A stretch of DNA of 64,000 bases from Faecousia sp. (GCA_045532105.1 JAZSFE010000034.1:11186-75185), one strand, 5' to 3'; counted from the first letter of the stretch, positions 9,218 to 19,682 are shown. Notes: generated from the letters alone by a model not told the origin. Numbers and translations are program-made.

Positions 9218-10366
9218 ATGCCGACCCGGAAGCTATATTACGAAGATTGCCATATAAAAGAATTTTCCGCCCGCGTCTGCGCCTGTGATGCAGCAGATGG
9301 CGGGTTTTCCGTGATTTTGGACGCCACCGCTTTCTACCCTGAAGGAGGCGGCCAGGCCTGCGATGTGGGCAAGCTTGGAAATGTACAGGTGTTGGATGTG
9401 CAGGAGCGGGGCGACGAGATCGTACACCTGTGCGACGGCCCACTGGAAATCGGCAGCACCGTCACCGGAATTCTTGACTGGGAACGGCGATTTGATCTGA
9501 TGCAGCAGCATACCGGCGAGCATATCCTCTCCGGTCTGATCCACAAAGCCTTTGGCTACCACAACACCGGCTTTCACGTGGGCGCAAAGGTTATGGAAGT
9601 GGACTTCGACGGGGTGATCCCGGCAGACGCTTTGGGCGAGCTGGAATTGCAGGCAAACCGAGCTTTGTGGGAAAATATCCCGGTGCTTTGCAGCATTCCC
9701 TCCGCTGAGGAACTACCAAAAATCCTCTATCGCACCAAGCGGCAACTGCCCTGGCCGGTACGGCTGGTGCAGATCCCCGGTTACGACAGCTGCGCCTGCT
9801 GCGGTGTACATACCGCCACCACCGGTGAAGTAGGTATTCTGAAAATTATTTCCTGCACCAAACTGCGCCAAGGCGTTCGGCTGGAAGTGGTTTGCGGCAA
9901 ACGGGCTTACGAATATCTCTCTGCTGTCTTTGAACAAAACAAACAGGTCTCCCAAAACTTTTCTGCAAAACCGCTGGAAACCGGTGCTGCCGCCGAAAAA
10001 GCGAACGAAGCTTTGGCTGCAGAAAAATATCGCTCTGCCGGTCTGCAAAATCAGATTATAGAACTGCTCGCAGAGCGTTATGTAAACCAAGACAAGATTC
10101 TCTGCTTCCAGGAGAATTTATCCGGTGCCCAGCTGCGCCTGCTTACAGAAAAAATCGCCCCCGGCTGCAAAGGGTATGCAGCAGTATTTTCCGGCTGCGA
10201 CGGCAATTACAGCTACTGCATTGCCGAAACCGGCACCGACTCCCCCCGGTTAGGACAAGCCATGAACGACGCCTTGGGCGGTCGCGGCGGTGGAAAGGGC
10301 ATTTTCCGTCAGGGTACCGTGCCCGCCACAAAAGCGCAGATCGAATCCTTTTTCCAATCCATTTAA
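9218..10366 (+). CDS. Alanyl-tRNA editing protein AlaX with C-terminal DHHA1 domain
   Basis: TAFYPEGGGQ, QQHTGEH, CCGVH and C-terminal GRGGG; promoter TTGATT-17-TATAAT at 9167-9195. Confidence 0.88.
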   Translation: MPTRKLYYEDCHIKEFSARVCACDAADGGFSVILDATAFYPEGGGQACDVGKLGNVQVLDVQERGDEIVHLCDGPLEIGSTVTGILDWERRFDLMQQHTGEHILSGLIHKAFGYHNTGFHVGAKVMEVDFDGVIPADALGELELQANRALWENIPVLCSIPSAEELPKILYRTKRQLPWPVRLVQIPGYDSCACCGVHTATTGEVGILKIISCTKLRQGVRLEVVCGKRAYEYLSAVFEQNKQVSQNFSAKPLETGAAAEKANEALAAEKYRSAGLQNQIIELLAERYVNQDKILCFQENLSGAQLRLLTEKIAPGCKGYAAVFSGCDGNYSYCIAETGTDSPRLGQAMNDALGGRGGGKGIFRQGTVPATKAQIESFFQSI

Positions 10367-10367
10367 C

Positions 10368-10406
10368 AAAAAGGCCTTATGCGGCAAACCGCATAAGGCC
10401 TTTTTT
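10368..10406. terminator. Bidirectional terminator
   Basis: AAAAAGGCCTTATGCGG-CAAA-CCGCATAAGGCCTTTTT. Confidence 0.85.
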
Positions 10407-10414
10407 GAATTTTC

Positions 10415-11920
10415 TTACTTGGCAGTGGAGGTGGAACGCAATGTGACATCGTGTGCGCCGCCTTCAATAATAGAAGTGGCGGAAACCAGAGTCAGCTTTG
10501 CCTCCCGCTGCAGGTCGGGAATGGTGATCACACCGCAGTTGCACATGGTGGACTTGACCTTGTACAGGGAAGCCTCCACATTATCATGCAAAGAGCCTGC
10601 GTAGGTAACGAAGGAGTCCACGCCCTCTTCAAAGCTCAGCTTGGAAGAACCGCCCAGATCATAACGCTGCCAGTTACGGGCACGGTTAGAGCCTTCGCCC
10701 CAGTATTCCTTCATATATGCACCATTGACCATGACCTTATTGGTGGGAGATTCGTCAAACCGGGCAAAGTAACGGCCCAGCATGAGGAAATCTGCGCCCA
10801 TGGCAAGGGCCAGAGTCATGTGATAGTCGTGAACAATACCACCGTCAGAGCAGATGGGCACATAAATGCCGGTCTCCTTGAAATACTCGTCCCGGGCAGC
10901 TGCAACTTCGATAAGCGCGGTTGCCTGACCACGGCCGATGCCCTTGGTCTCACGGGTGATACAGATAGAGCCGCCGCCGATACCCACCTTAACAAAGTCT
11001 GCGCCTGCCTCAGCCAGGAAACGGAAGCCATCCCGATCTACCACGTTGCCCGCACCGATCTTGACGGTGTCACCGTAATTGTCACGCACCCACTTAATGG
11101 TCTTTTCCTGCCAGCAGGTATAACCCTCGGAGGAGTCAATGACCAGCACATCCACGCCGGCATTCAGCAGAGCGGGGATTCGGGTGGCATAGTCACGGGT
11201 GTTGATACCTGCGCCAACGATGTAACGCTTCTGGCTGTCCAGCAGTTCCTGGGGATTTGCCTTATGGGCTGCATAGTCCTTACGGAATACGAAGTACATC
11301 AGATGGTCGTCGTCATCCACGATGGGCAGAGCGTTGAGCTTATTGTCCCAAATAATATCATTGGCCTGCTTTAAGGTAGTATCCTTAGGAGCGGTGATCA
11401 GCTTTTCCCGGGGGGTCATGAAGGTCTTGACCTTCTCAGCGGGGTCCATTCTGGACACGCGGTAATCCCGTCCGGTCACCAAACCCAAAAGCTTGCCGTT
11501 GGCTGTGCCGTCATCGGTAATGGCCACAGTGGAAAAACCGTTGGCTGCCTTCAGATCCAGCACATCCTGCAGAGTGTTCTCGGGAGTCAGATTGGAGGCA
11601 GAGGTCACAAAGCCAGCCTTATGTCCCTTAACTTTTGCCACCATTGCCGCCTGAGACTCAATAGACTGAGAACCGAAAATAAAGCTGATGCCGCCCTCCT
11701 TAGCCAAAGCAATGGCCAAGGTATCATTGGAAACCGCCTGCATAACTGCAGAGGTCAAAGGAATATTCATACTGATCGCCGGTTCTTCCACGCCCTTACG
11801 ATACTTGGTCAGGGGGGTGCGCAAAGATACGCGGTCGGGCACGCACTCTTCGGAAGTATAACCGGGGATCAAAAGATATTCACTAAAAGTGCGGCTGGGT
11901 TCAGACATGTAATGTGCCAT
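10415..11920 (-). CDS. guaB: IMP dehydrogenase
   Basis: GAGNVV, catalytic [20 protein letters not shown]-domain region and YWGEGS. Confidence 0.95.
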   Translation of the reverse strand: MAHYMSEPSRTFSEYLLIPGYTSEECVPDRVSLRTPLTKYRKGVEEPAISMNIPLTSAVMQAVSNDTLAIALAKEGGISFIFGSQSIESQAAMVAKVKGHKAGFVTSASNLTPENTLQDVLDLKAANGFSTVAITDDGTANGKLLGLVTGRDYRVSRMDPAEKVKTFMTPREKLITAPKDTTLKQANDIIWDNKLNALPIVDDDDHLMYFVFRKDYAAHKANPQELLDSQKRYIVGAGINTRDYATRIPALLNAGVDVLVIDSSEGYTCWQEKTIKWVRDNYGDTVKIGAGNVVDRDGFRFLAEAGADFVKVGIGGGSICITRETKGIGRGQATALIEVAAARDEYFKETGIYVPICSDGGIVHDYHMTLALAMGADFLMLGRYFARFDESPTNKVMVNGAYMKEYWGEGSNRARNWQRYDLGGSSKLSFEEGVDSFVTYAGSLHDNVEASLYKVKSTMCNCGVITIPDLQREAKLTLVSATSIIEGGAHDVTLRSTSTAK

Positions 11921-11965
11921 TGGGACTCCTCCTAAATTTATTTATATAGAGATAATACTTACAGA

Positions 11966-12880
11966 TTAAATTCCGGTACCCTCACCGGGATCCAGATATT
12001 CCCGGGTCAGATTACCCTGGTTGTCCATGTGCCGGAAATTGCCCATGACCTCGTTGACAGTATTGACCACCGCAAAGGTTCCGGGCACGCTGCGAATAAT
12101 GGCCGCCAGCCGATATGCCTGGGATTTATTCACCACGCAAATCAGAACATTGGTTTCCTCGCCCCGGTATAGGCCCTTTCCGGGGATCACTGTGGCACCA
12201 CGATGAAGCTGGTGCAAAATGGCCTCCGCCAATTTTTCCGGTTCCGGCGTGGTGATCTCAAAACGAATGGCGCTGCGCCCGGCTCTGTCAATCTTATCCA
12301 TCACCGTGCTGGACGCAAAGCTGCACAAAATGCACATAAGCACAGGCTCGATCTTATGGCCATACACAAAATACGAGATCCCCGCCACCACGCAGTTCAT
12401 GGCAAAGGAAGCGTAATAAAAATTGATATCCGGACGGCGCTTATGAATCAGGGAAGAAATAAAATCCAACCCGCCTGTATATGCTCCGGCTTTCAAAAGC
12501 AAGGCTGTGCCTGCACCGCCAATAATACCGCCCACCACCGGGCCGATAATGGCACTGCTGGTAGTCAAATACTGAAACGCAGACAAATCTACCTCATCCA
12601 ACACCACCAGCAAAACCGAGAATAGCGCCACGTAGGTCATAGCACGCACCGCCAATGTCTTACTGATCTTCTTATACACCGCCACAGCCAGAGGCAGGTT
12701 CAGCAAAAAGCTCAAATAACCCATGCTAAGTCCGGTCACATACTGGAACATGGTACACAGGCCGTTTAGGCCTGCCGGTGCAAAATTATTGGGGAAAATA
12801 AAGAGTTCAAAATTCAGCGCATTGACCAGCGCGACCATTGCAATCACAAAATATGTCAGCAATTTTTTGCCCTTATTCAT
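11966..12880 (-). CDS. YitT family membrane protein
   Basis: FAPAGLNG, TGGLD and C-terminal DUF2179-like HRGATVIPGKGLY...VPGTFAVV. Confidence 0.85.
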   Translation of the reverse strand: MNKGKKLLTYFVIAMVALVNALNFELFIFPNNFAPAGLNGLCTMFQYVTGLSMGYLSFLLNLPLAVAVYKKISKTLAVRAMTYVALFSVLLVVLDEVDLSAFQYLTTSSAIIGPVVGGIIGGAGTALLLKAGAYTGGLDFISSLIHKRRPDINFYYASFAMNCVVAGISYFVYGHKIEPVLMCILCSFASSTVMDKIDRAGRSAIRFEITTPEPEKLAEAILHQLHRGATVIPGKGLYRGEETNVLICVVNKSQAYRLAAIIRSVPGTFAVVNTVNEVMGNFRHMDNQGNLTREYLDPGEGTGI

Positions 12881-13123
12881 AACTGCTCCTCTGGTACAAA
12901 TAATGTGGATTATTCTGTTCCCTATAATATACCACAGCCTATTCCCGGGGTCAAGTACACATATCGGCTAAAAACCATTGAAAAAAACAGGCATAGAAAT
13001 AGGTATTTCCACAAGTTCCGGAAATGTTCGGGGAAATGATTGCTTTTTCCCCCATCTTGTGATATATTTTTAAGGTTAAATGAGAACAATAAATTGATTA
13101 TATACAGAAGGAGTGCTGCGATC

Positions 13124-14959
13124 ATGGCTGCACAGGAAAATATAAGAAATATTGCCATTATTGCCCACGTTGACCACGGCAAGACCACCCTGGTAGACGA
13201 AATGCTGAAGCAGGGTGGCATCTACCGGGAGAACCAGGCCACTACCGAGCGAGTGATGGACTCCGGTGATCTGGAGCGTGAGCGCGGCATTACCATTCTT
13301 GCCAAGAACACTTCCATTTATTATAAAGATACCAAGATCAACATCGTAGATACCCCGGGCCACGCGGACTTTGGCGGTGAAGTGGAGCGTATCTTAAAAA
13401 TGGTCAACGGTGTCATCTTGCTGGTAGATGCTGCTGAGGGCCCCATGCCCCAGACCCGGTTTGTTCTGCAAAAAGCTCTGGAACTGGGCCATAAGGTCAT
13501 CGTGGCTGTGAACAAGGTGGACAAGCCCGATGCCCGGGTACACGAAGTCATGGACGAAGTATTGGAGCTTCTGCTGGACTTGAACGCTACTGACGAGCAG
13601 TTCAACTCTCCCACCGTTTTCTGCTCCGGCAGGCAGGGCACTGCCTCTTATGGCCCGGACGAAGCAGGTACGGACCTTATCCCCCTGTTTGAGACCATTG
13701 TCAACTATATCCCTGCCCCCACCGGTGACAAGGATGCGCCTTTGCAGCTTTTGGTCTCCTCTATTGACTACAATGAATATGTAGGCCGGATCGCCATCGG
13801 CCGTATTGAGCAAGGCACCATCAAGACCAATCAGGAAGTGGTGATCTGTGATTTCCACGACGAATCCGTGCGGCAAAAGGGCAAGGTCGTAGCTCTCTAC
13901 GCCTACGACGGTCTGGGCAAAGCACCCATTACCGAGGCCTCTGCCGGTGAGATCGTTGCCCTTTCGGGCATTGCGGACATTACCATCGGCCGCACCCTCT
14001 GCGCCCCGGAGAATATTGCTCCCCTACCCTTTGTGAAGATCTCTGAGCCTACTATTGAAATGACCTTTGCCGTCAACGATTCTCCTTTTGCCGGCAGAGA
14101 GGGCAAGTTCGTCACCTCCCGGAATCTTCGGGATCGGCTGGACAGAGAACTGATGAAGGATGTGTCCCTCCGGGTGTCCGAGCAGGGCACGGACGCATTT
14201 AATGTAGCCGGCCGGGGCGAAATGCACCTGTCCATCCTTATGGAGACCATGCGTCGAGAAGGTTTTGAATTCTCCGTATCCACCCCCAGAGTGCTCACCC
14301 GGCAGATCGACGGCAAAACTTGCGAACCCATTGAGCGCATGGTGGCCGACGTGCCGGAAGAATGTATGGGCGCTGTGATCGAAAAGATCGGTCGGCGCAA
14401 AGGCGACCTGCTTTCCATGACCCCCATGGGCAGCCGCTACCGTTTGGAATTTCTTGTGCCCTCTCGGGGTCTGTTTGGCTACCGCAATGAATTTTTGACC
14501 GACACCCGTGGCGAAGGCATCATGTCCAGCATTCTGGACTCCTACGCTCCCATGAAGGGCGAGGTAGAACGCCGGCTCACCGGCAGTTTGGTTGCCTTTG
14601 AAACCGGAGAAGCGGTGACCTATGGTCTTGCTGCCGCCCAGGAACGGGGCGCATTGCTCATCGGTCCGGGCACACCGGTATATGCCGGCATGGTCATCGG
14701 CATCTGCAGCCGAAATGAAGATATGACCGTAAATGTTTGCAAGAAAAAGCAGCTGACCAACATGCGGGCCTCCGGCTCTGACGATGCCCTAAGGCTCACC
14801 TCTCCCAAGGTATTCTCCCTGGAGCAATGCCTGGAATTCCTTGCCGACGACGAGCTTCTGGAATGTACGCCCAAGAGCCTGCGCATCCGCAAGCGGGAGC
14901 TTGATCACTCCATCCGTATGCGCAACCTTATGAAAAAGCGGGCGCAAAACGAGAAATAA
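13124..14959 (+). CDS. typA: Translational GTPase TypA/BipA
   Basis: [45 protein letters not shown] and KQLTNMRASG. Confidence 0.97.
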   Translation: MAAQENIRNIAIIAHVDHGKTTLVDEMLKQGGIYRENQATTERVMDSGDLERERGITILAKNTSIYYKDTKINIVDTPGHADFGGEVERILKMVNGVILLVDAAEGPMPQTRFVLQKALELGHKVIVAVNKVDKPDARVHEVMDEVLELLLDLNATDEQFNSPTVFCSGRQGTASYGPDEAGTDLIPLFETIVNYIPAPTGDKDAPLQLLVSSIDYNEYVGRIAIGRIEQGTIKTNQEVVICDFHDESVRQKGKVVALYAYDGLGKAPITEASAGEIVALSGIADITIGRTLCAPENIAPLPFVKISEPTIEMTFAVNDSPFAGREGKFVTSRNLRDRLDRELMKDVSLRVSEQGTDAFNVAGRGEMHLSILMETMRREGFEFSVSTPRVLTRQIDGKTCEPIERMVADVPEECMGAVIEKIGRRKGDLLSMTPMGSRYRLEFLVPSRGLFGYRNEFLTDTRGEGIMSSILDSYAPMKGEVERRLTGSLVAFETGEAVTYGLAAAQERGALLIGPGTPVYAGMVIGICSRNEDMTVNVCKKKQLTNMRASGSDDALRLTSPKVFSLEQCLEFLADDELLECTPKSLRIRKRELDHSIRMRNLMKKRAQNEK

Positions 14960-14979
14960 CAAAGAAAGGCGGTATGCCC

Positions 14980-16107
14980 ATGAAATCAAATATTCGGCTT
15001 CTTGCGGCATCCCTAGCCCTTTGCCTGTTACTCAGCGCCTGCACCGGGGCTGTGCCGCCTCAAGATAGCCCCACCCCTCAAGGGCCCGGCACAGAAACCC
15101 CCAACATCGACACTCCCGTCGAATCCCCCGACCCTGTGATTCCCGAACCCGAGGCAGAAAGCTTTATCCTCTCCTTTGCAGGCGACTGCACTTTTGGCAA
15201 CAATTACGACGCAGAAACCGCCTCCGGTACATTTCGCTCCGTGGTAAAGGACAACTATGCTTATCCTTTTTCCAATGTCAAGCAGTATTTTGAAAATGAC
15301 GACTTCACTTTCGTAAACTTAGAATGTGCTTTGACAGAATCCGACCCCACCGAAGAAGAAATGGTGGAGCTTTCTGAGCACCAATTCCGTTTTCGCGGGC
15401 CGGCAAGCTATGCCAAAATACTGGTGGAGGGCGATGTAGAATTTGCCAGCTGCGCCAACAACCACTCCAAGGACTACGGAGCGCAAGGTCTTTATGACAC
15501 CTGGGATGCGCTGGAAGCGGAAGATATTTATTATGCCAGTTTCAACAAAACCTGCCTTGCCACCACGGAAAGCGGTTTGAAAATCGGTGTCATTGCCATT
15601 TTCTTTAACTTTACCGACGCATCCATGCGCAACCAGATCAAAGCGCTGAAAGATAAGGGTGCTGAGCTCATCGTGGTTTCCATTCACTGGGGTGACGAGG
15701 GTACTTATGAACCAAATTCCCTGCAGCAATCCCTGGGCCGGCGGGCCATCAATAACGGTGCCAACATCGTTTTCGGCCACCACTCCCACACCCTGCAGCG
15801 CATTGAACCCTACAACGGCGGTGTGATCTACTACAGTCTGGGTAACTTCTCCTTTGGCGGCAACCGCAACCCCAGCGACAAAGACACCGCCATTATCCGC
15901 CAACAGGTGCTGCGCTACACCGACGGCAGCATTGGCTTGGGAGATCTGGAAGTCATCCCCTGCCGGGTCAGCACAGTGGACAACTGGAACGATTTTCGTC
16001 CCACACCCTACGAAAAAGACCACCCCGGCTATAACCGCGTGCTCAGCAAGCTGGAAGGAAGTTTTAACGATTTCACCTTAAAAGACGAAGTTTTACCTGC
16101 TTCATAA
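14980..16107 (+). CDS. CapA family metallophosphoesterase lipoprotein
   Basis: Lipobox LSAC; AGD, VNLEC, ANNHSKDYG, HWGDE, GHHSH and YSLGNF motifs. Confidence 0.88.
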   Translation: MKSNIRLLAASLALCLLLSACTGAVPPQDSPTPQGPGTETPNIDTPVESPDPVIPEPEAESFILSFAGDCTFGNNYDAETASGTFRSVVKDNYAYPFSNVKQYFENDDFTFVNLECALTESDPTEEEMVELSEHQFRFRGPASYAKILVEGDVEFASCANNHSKDYGAQGLYDTWDALEAEDIYYASFNKTCLATTESGLKIGVIAIFFNFTDASMRNQIKALKDKGAELIVVSIHWGDEGTYEPNSLQQSLGRRAINNGANIVFGHHSHTLQRIEPYNGGVIYYSLGNFSFGGNRNPSDKDTAIIRQQVLRYTDGSIGLGDLEVIPCRVSTVDNWNDFRPTPYEKDHPGYNRVLSKLEGSFNDFTLKDEVLPAS

Positions 16108-16159
16108 GCAAAAAAATTCATTTTCCCTGTTTTCTTTTCCTACTTTTGTAAAAAAACTG

Positions 16160-16188
16160 TTGACCCGGTTGCAATTTTCGGTTATAAT
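16160..16188 (+). promoter_or_regulatory. Sigma-A promoter of rpmH
   Basis: TTGACC-17 bp-TATAAT preceded by an A-tract. Confidence 0.75.
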
Positions 16189-16281
16189 ACCCTAGCATGA
16201 CCTATTATGGTCACTGACTATGTGTCGCTGCGGCCCTTCGGGGCTGTCGAGCATATTGATTTTTGAGGAGGTGTATCACCT

Positions 16282-16416
16282 ATGAAGCGTACCTATCAGC
16301 CCAGCAATCGTCATCGTTCCAAGGTTCACGGTTTCCGTCAGAGAATGGCTACCGCCAATGGCCGCAAGGTTCTGGCCCGCCGCCGTGCAAGAGGCCGTAA
16401 GGTTCTGTCTGCCTAA
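16282..16416 (+). CDS. rpmH: 50S ribosomal protein L34
   Basis: Manual translation [44 protein letters not shown]; GAGGAGG RBS; missing from the ORF track. Confidence 0.98.
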   Translation: MKRTYQPSNRHRSKVHGFRQRMATANGRKVLARRRARGRKVLSA

Positions 16417-16471
16417 TTAAGGCAGTGGTGCTGCCACAGCATACATCGCTCTATGCGAAACGGGAGCAATA

Positions 16472-16510
16472 AGCGGGGCGAAGAAATGTTCGCCCCGCTC
16501 CCTTTTTATT
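16472..16510 (+). terminator. Terminator-like hairpin after rpmH
   Basis: AGCGGGGCGAA-GAAATG-TTCGCCCCGCT followed by CCCTTTTT. Confidence 0.6.
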
Positions 16511-16513
16511 GAG

Positions 16514-16676
16514 GGCAAACTCTTAAATCTTTTTTTCGGCAACACAGCGGTCCTTTTGCCACGATTCTGCACAGTCCGGCCCTTGAAATACACAAAGTAT
16601 TCCATCAAGCCGTGCTGCTTGCCTCATAGCAAAAATCCTCGCTGCCTGCTCGTAAAAAAGCTTTTGCGAGCTTGCC
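16514..16676. mobile_element. MITE-like palindromic element with imperfect terminal inverted repeats and a TGAG direct repeat
   Basis: Left end GGCAAACTCTTAAATCTTTTTTTCG vs reverse complement of right end GGCAAGCTCGCAAAAGCTTTTTTACG; TGAG at 16510-16513 and 16677-16680. Confidence 0.55.
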
Positions 16677-16705
16677 TGAGTATCGCTTGATACATGGGAG
16701 TTAGT

Positions 16706-17050
16706 ATGAAATATTCCGGTTCATTAAAACTCAATCACATATTCCGCCGTTTGTACTCTACCTCCGGCTTTGCCAACGGCCTTCTCGTGCTGTACGCACG
16801 GAAGAATCGGACAGACACCAATCGGGTGGGCATTACCGTCAGCAAAAAGCTGGGTCATGCTGTGGTCCGCAACCGTATTCGCCGTCGCCTGCGGGAGGTC
16901 TATCGGCTCAACGAGGAAAAATTCCTCCCCGGTTGGGATATTGTGGTAGTCGCCAGGACAAAGGCACTGAATAGCTCCTTTTGCCAGCTTACCGATGCCT
17001 ATTTATCTCTGGCAAACAAAGCCGGAATCTTAAGAGAAGAAAGCCTATGA
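16706..17050 (+). CDS. rnpA: Ribonuclease P protein component
   Basis: [28 protein letters not shown] motif. Confidence 0.96.
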   Translation: MKYSGSLKLNHIFRRLYSTSGFANGLLVLYARKNRTDTNRVGITVSKKLGHAVVRNRIRRRLREVYRLNEEKFLPGWDIVVVARTKALNSSFCQLTDAYLSLANKAGILREESL

Positions 17051-17259
17051 AAAAAGTTTTTCTTTCCCTGATCCGTTTTTATCAAAAGAACATATCCCCG
17101 TATCGCGGTCCCTGCTGTCGGTTTCGCCCCACCTGTTCCGCCTACGCCTATGAAGCCATCCACAAATACGGTGCCATAAAAGGGGGCTGGCTTGCCCTGC
17201 GCCGCCTGCTGCGGTGCAATCCCTTTTATAAGGGAAGCTTTTATGACCCCGTTCCGTGA
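17047..17259 (+). CDS. yidD: Membrane protein insertion efficiency factor YidD
   Basis: [18 protein letters not shown]...RLLRCNPF...YDPVP. Confidence 0.95.
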   Translation: MKKVFLSLIRFYQKNISPYRGPCCRFRPTCSAYAYEAIHKYGAIKGGWLALRRLLRCNPFYKGSFYDPVP

Positions 17260-17279
17260 CTATCACAAGGAGAGTGTCC

Positions 17280-18512
17280 ATGACTAAAATTATTACCATT
17301 CCCTTTGGATACCTGCTGGACTGGCTGTACCAGTTCACCAGCAGCTACGGCCTTTCTCTGATCTTTTTTGCCTTGATCGTGCAGCTGGTCATGCTGCCTA
17401 TTTCTGCCAAGAGCAAAAAGAGCATGATGAAAATGTCCCGTCTGCAGCCCCGTATCCAGGAGATCCAGCGCAAATACGCCAACGACAAGCAAAAGCAAAA
17501 TGAAGCCATTCAGAAGCTCCAGCAAGAAGAAGGCGCCAGCATGGGTTGCGGCGGCTGCCTGTGGAGCTTGGTTCCCATGCTGATCCTGATCCCTCTGTAC
17601 AGTGTGGTCCGTCAGCCTATTACCTTTATGCTCCACCAGGGTGCTGATGTGGTAAACACCATTGTGGATACCGTCAAAACGTCCCTGCCGGATTTGTTCA
17701 CTCAAAATGCTTTTTACAACGAAATGATCACCGCTGCCAACATTCCTCAAGTGGCTGATGCCATTAAGGAAAAGCTTCCCGAAATCAGCGAACGTGTGTT
17801 GGAAGGTGTTAACTTCAGTTTCCTGGGCATTGACCTGGGTTCTGTTCCCAGTTTTAACATCTTTAGCGAAAGCTGGAAGTGGGATTGGGCTCATATTGGC
17901 GGCGTATTGATCCCCCTGCTGTCTGCTTCTCAGCAGATCATTGCCATGAAAGTCTCCCAGCACGCCAACAATTCCGTAGTCACTGATGAAAACGGCATGG
18001 AGGACAAGGAGACTGCCAGCAAGTCCCAGGCAAATCAGACCAGCAAGATGATGACCTGGCTGATGCCCATTATGTCCCTGTGGATCGGTTTTACCGTTCC
18101 CTGCGCCTTAAGCTTGTACTGGCTGGCCGGCGGCTTGGTAAGAATGGTGGAAGATATTCTGCTGACCAAGCACTACCGCAAGATTTATGATGCCGAGGAC
18201 GCCATTCGTTTGCAGAAATACAATGCCGAACTGGCTGCCGAAGAAGAAAAAGAGCGCATCCGTGCAGAAAGACGCGCTGCCAACCCCGACGGCATTACCG
18301 AAAATACCAGCAAGAAAAAGCTGCAGAAAAAACAGCAGCAGGCAGAAGAAGCTGCCCGCGCAGCTGCTGCCAAAGAATATGCCGCAAAGAAGGGTGTAGT
18401 GGAGGAAGAAAAGGCCGAAAACGCTCCCCTGTCCGGCATTGCCGACCGCCCCAACTGTAAGGGACGGGCCTATGATCCCAACCGTTACAGCCAAAACAAC
18501 ACGGAGGAATAA
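17280..18512 (+). CDS. yidC: Membrane protein insertase YidC/Oxa1
   Basis: LQPRIQEIQRKY, LYSVVRQP, FLGIDL and ALSLYW; long charged C-terminal tail. Confidence 0.93.
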   Translation: MTKIITIPFGYLLDWLYQFTSSYGLSLIFFALIVQLVMLPISAKSKKSMMKMSRLQPRIQEIQRKYANDKQKQNEAIQKLQQEEGASMGCGGCLWSLVPMLILIPLYSVVRQPITFMLHQGADVVNTIVDTVKTSLPDLFTQNAFYNEMITAANIPQVADAIKEKLPEISERVLEGVNFSFLGIDLGSVPSFNIFSESWKWDWAHIGGVLIPLLSASQQIIAMKVSQHANNSVVTDENGMEDKETASKSQANQTSKMMTWLMPIMSLWIGFTVPCALSLYWLAGGLVRMVEDILLTKHYRKIYDAEDAIRLQKYNAELAAEEEKERIRAERRAANPDGITENTSKKKLQKKQQQAEEAARAAAAKEYAAKKGVVEEEKAENAPLSGIADRPNCKGRAYDPNRYSQNNTEE

Positions 18513-18514
18513 AA

Positions 18515-19348
18515 ATGGAAAAAACCATTGTAACCACCGGCAAGACCATCGACTTGGCCGTTGAGGCCGCGTTGGCGCAGCTGGGTCTGGACCGCGACAG
18601 CGTATCTGTGCAGGTCCTGTCCCAGGCAAAGCCCGGTTTTTTGGGTATGGGCGCACAGCCCGCCCGCATTCAGGTGACCTATGAAGCACCCGATCCCGCT
18701 CCCGAAGCTCCTAAGAGCGCCCTCGGCTCTGCCTCCCGCAGCAAGCCTAAGGCAAAGCCTGTTGCACAGCCTCAGCCCAAGCAAGAGGCTCCCAAGCCTG
18801 CACCCAAGCAGGAAGCTCCCAAGCCTGTCGCCGCTCCCAAAGAAGAAGTAAAAAAGGCTCCCAAAGAGCCCAAGGTCTATGCAGCGGCCGAGGCCGGCAG
18901 CGTAGAGGAAAAGATCGAGGTCTTCCTCAAAGGCCTTTTGGAACACATGGGTTCCAATGCTGTGCCCCATGCCTGGTGCGCAGAGGGCAATAACTACAAA
19001 GTAGATTTGGTGGGCGAAGATCTGGGATACCTGATCGGCCGCCGGGGCGACACTCTGGACGCTCTGCAGCATTTGGCCAATTACAGCATCAACCGGGATG
19101 TGGAAGGTCACATCCGCATCAGCGTAGATGCAGAAGAATATCGTGAAAAGCGGGAAGAAAGCCTGCGCCGGTATGCACAGAAGAAGGCACATCAAGTGCT
19201 GAAAGCACGCCGCCGCACCACTTTGGAGCCTATGAACGCCTACGAGCGGCACATTATCCATGCCGCCCTGCAGGAAACTGAGAACATCACCACCCATTCC
19301 ACCGGCACAGAACCCAATCGCCGGGTAGTCATTGAGTATGTTCGCTAA
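18515..19348 (+). CDS. jag: RNA-binding protein Jag/EloR (Jag_N, KH, R3H)
   Basis: TGKTIDLAV, KPGFLG, LIGRRGDTLDALQ and LEPMNAYERHIIH. Confidence 0.93.
   Translation: MEKTIVTTGKTIDLAVEAALAQLGLDRDSVSVQVLSQAKPGFLGMGAQPARIQVTYEAPDPAPEAPKSALGSASRSKPKAKPVAQPQPKQEAPKPAPKQEAPKPVAAPKEEVKKAPKEPKVYAAAEAGSVEEKIEVFLKGLLEHMGSNAVPHAWCAEGNNYKVDLVGEDLGYLIGRRGDTLDALQHLANYSINRDVEGHIRISVDAEEYREKREESLRRYAQKKAHQVLKARRRTTLEPMNAYERHIIHAALQETENITTHSTGTEPNRRVVIEYVR
18776..18829 (+). repeat. 27-bp tandem duplication in the jag linker (PKQEAPKPA/V)
   Basis: CCCAAGCAAGAGGCTCCCAAGCCTGCA followed by CCCAAGCAGGAAGCTCCCAAGCCTGTC. Confidence 0.8.
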
Positions 19349-19356
19349 ATAAAAAT

Positions 19357-19391
19357 AAAAAGAGCAGTGTCTTAAGGACACTGCTCTTTTT
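19357..19391 (+). terminator. Intrinsic terminator after jag
   Basis: AAAAGAGCAGTGTC-TTAAG-GACACTGCTCTTTTT. Confidence 0.8.
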
Positions 19392-19412
19392 GCCAATCTC
19401 GCAACACATAAT

Positions 19413-19443
19413 AAAACCCCTCCGCAAAAGCGGAGGGGTTTTT
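19413..19443. terminator. Terminator of the tRNA operon
   Basis: AAACCCCTCCGC-AAAA-GCGGAGGGGTTT. Confidence 0.75.
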
Positions 19444-19446
19444 GCA

Positions 19447-19524
19447 TGGGGTGGCTGATGGGACTTGAACCCACGATCTTCAGAGCCACAATCTGACGCC
19501 TTAGCCGACTAGGCCACAGCCACC
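19447..19524 (-). tRNA. tRNA-His (GTG)
   Basis: GGTGGCTGTGGCCTAGTCGGCTAAGGCGTCAGATTGTGGCTCTGAAGATCGTGGGTTCAAGTCCCATCAGCCACCCCA; encoded G-1 and CCA. Confidence 0.95.
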
Positions 19525-19598
19525 ATATACAATTTGCTGAACCCGCACTTAAAAATGGCACGCCAGCTTATTTCGCCCTCTGTCCTGCCAAACAAGTT

Positions 19599-19675
<77 letters not shown>

Positions 19676-19682
19676 ATTTCTA

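Noticed and set aside
12881-13123. DnaA-box-like words (TGTGGATTA, ATTTCCACA) in the yitT-typA gap as a possible oriC
   Set aside because: Only two imperfect matches, no cluster and no dnaA nearby.
16417-16608. 63-aa minus-strand ORF
   Set aside because: Runs through the terminator and the MITE-like palindrome, with no coding signals.
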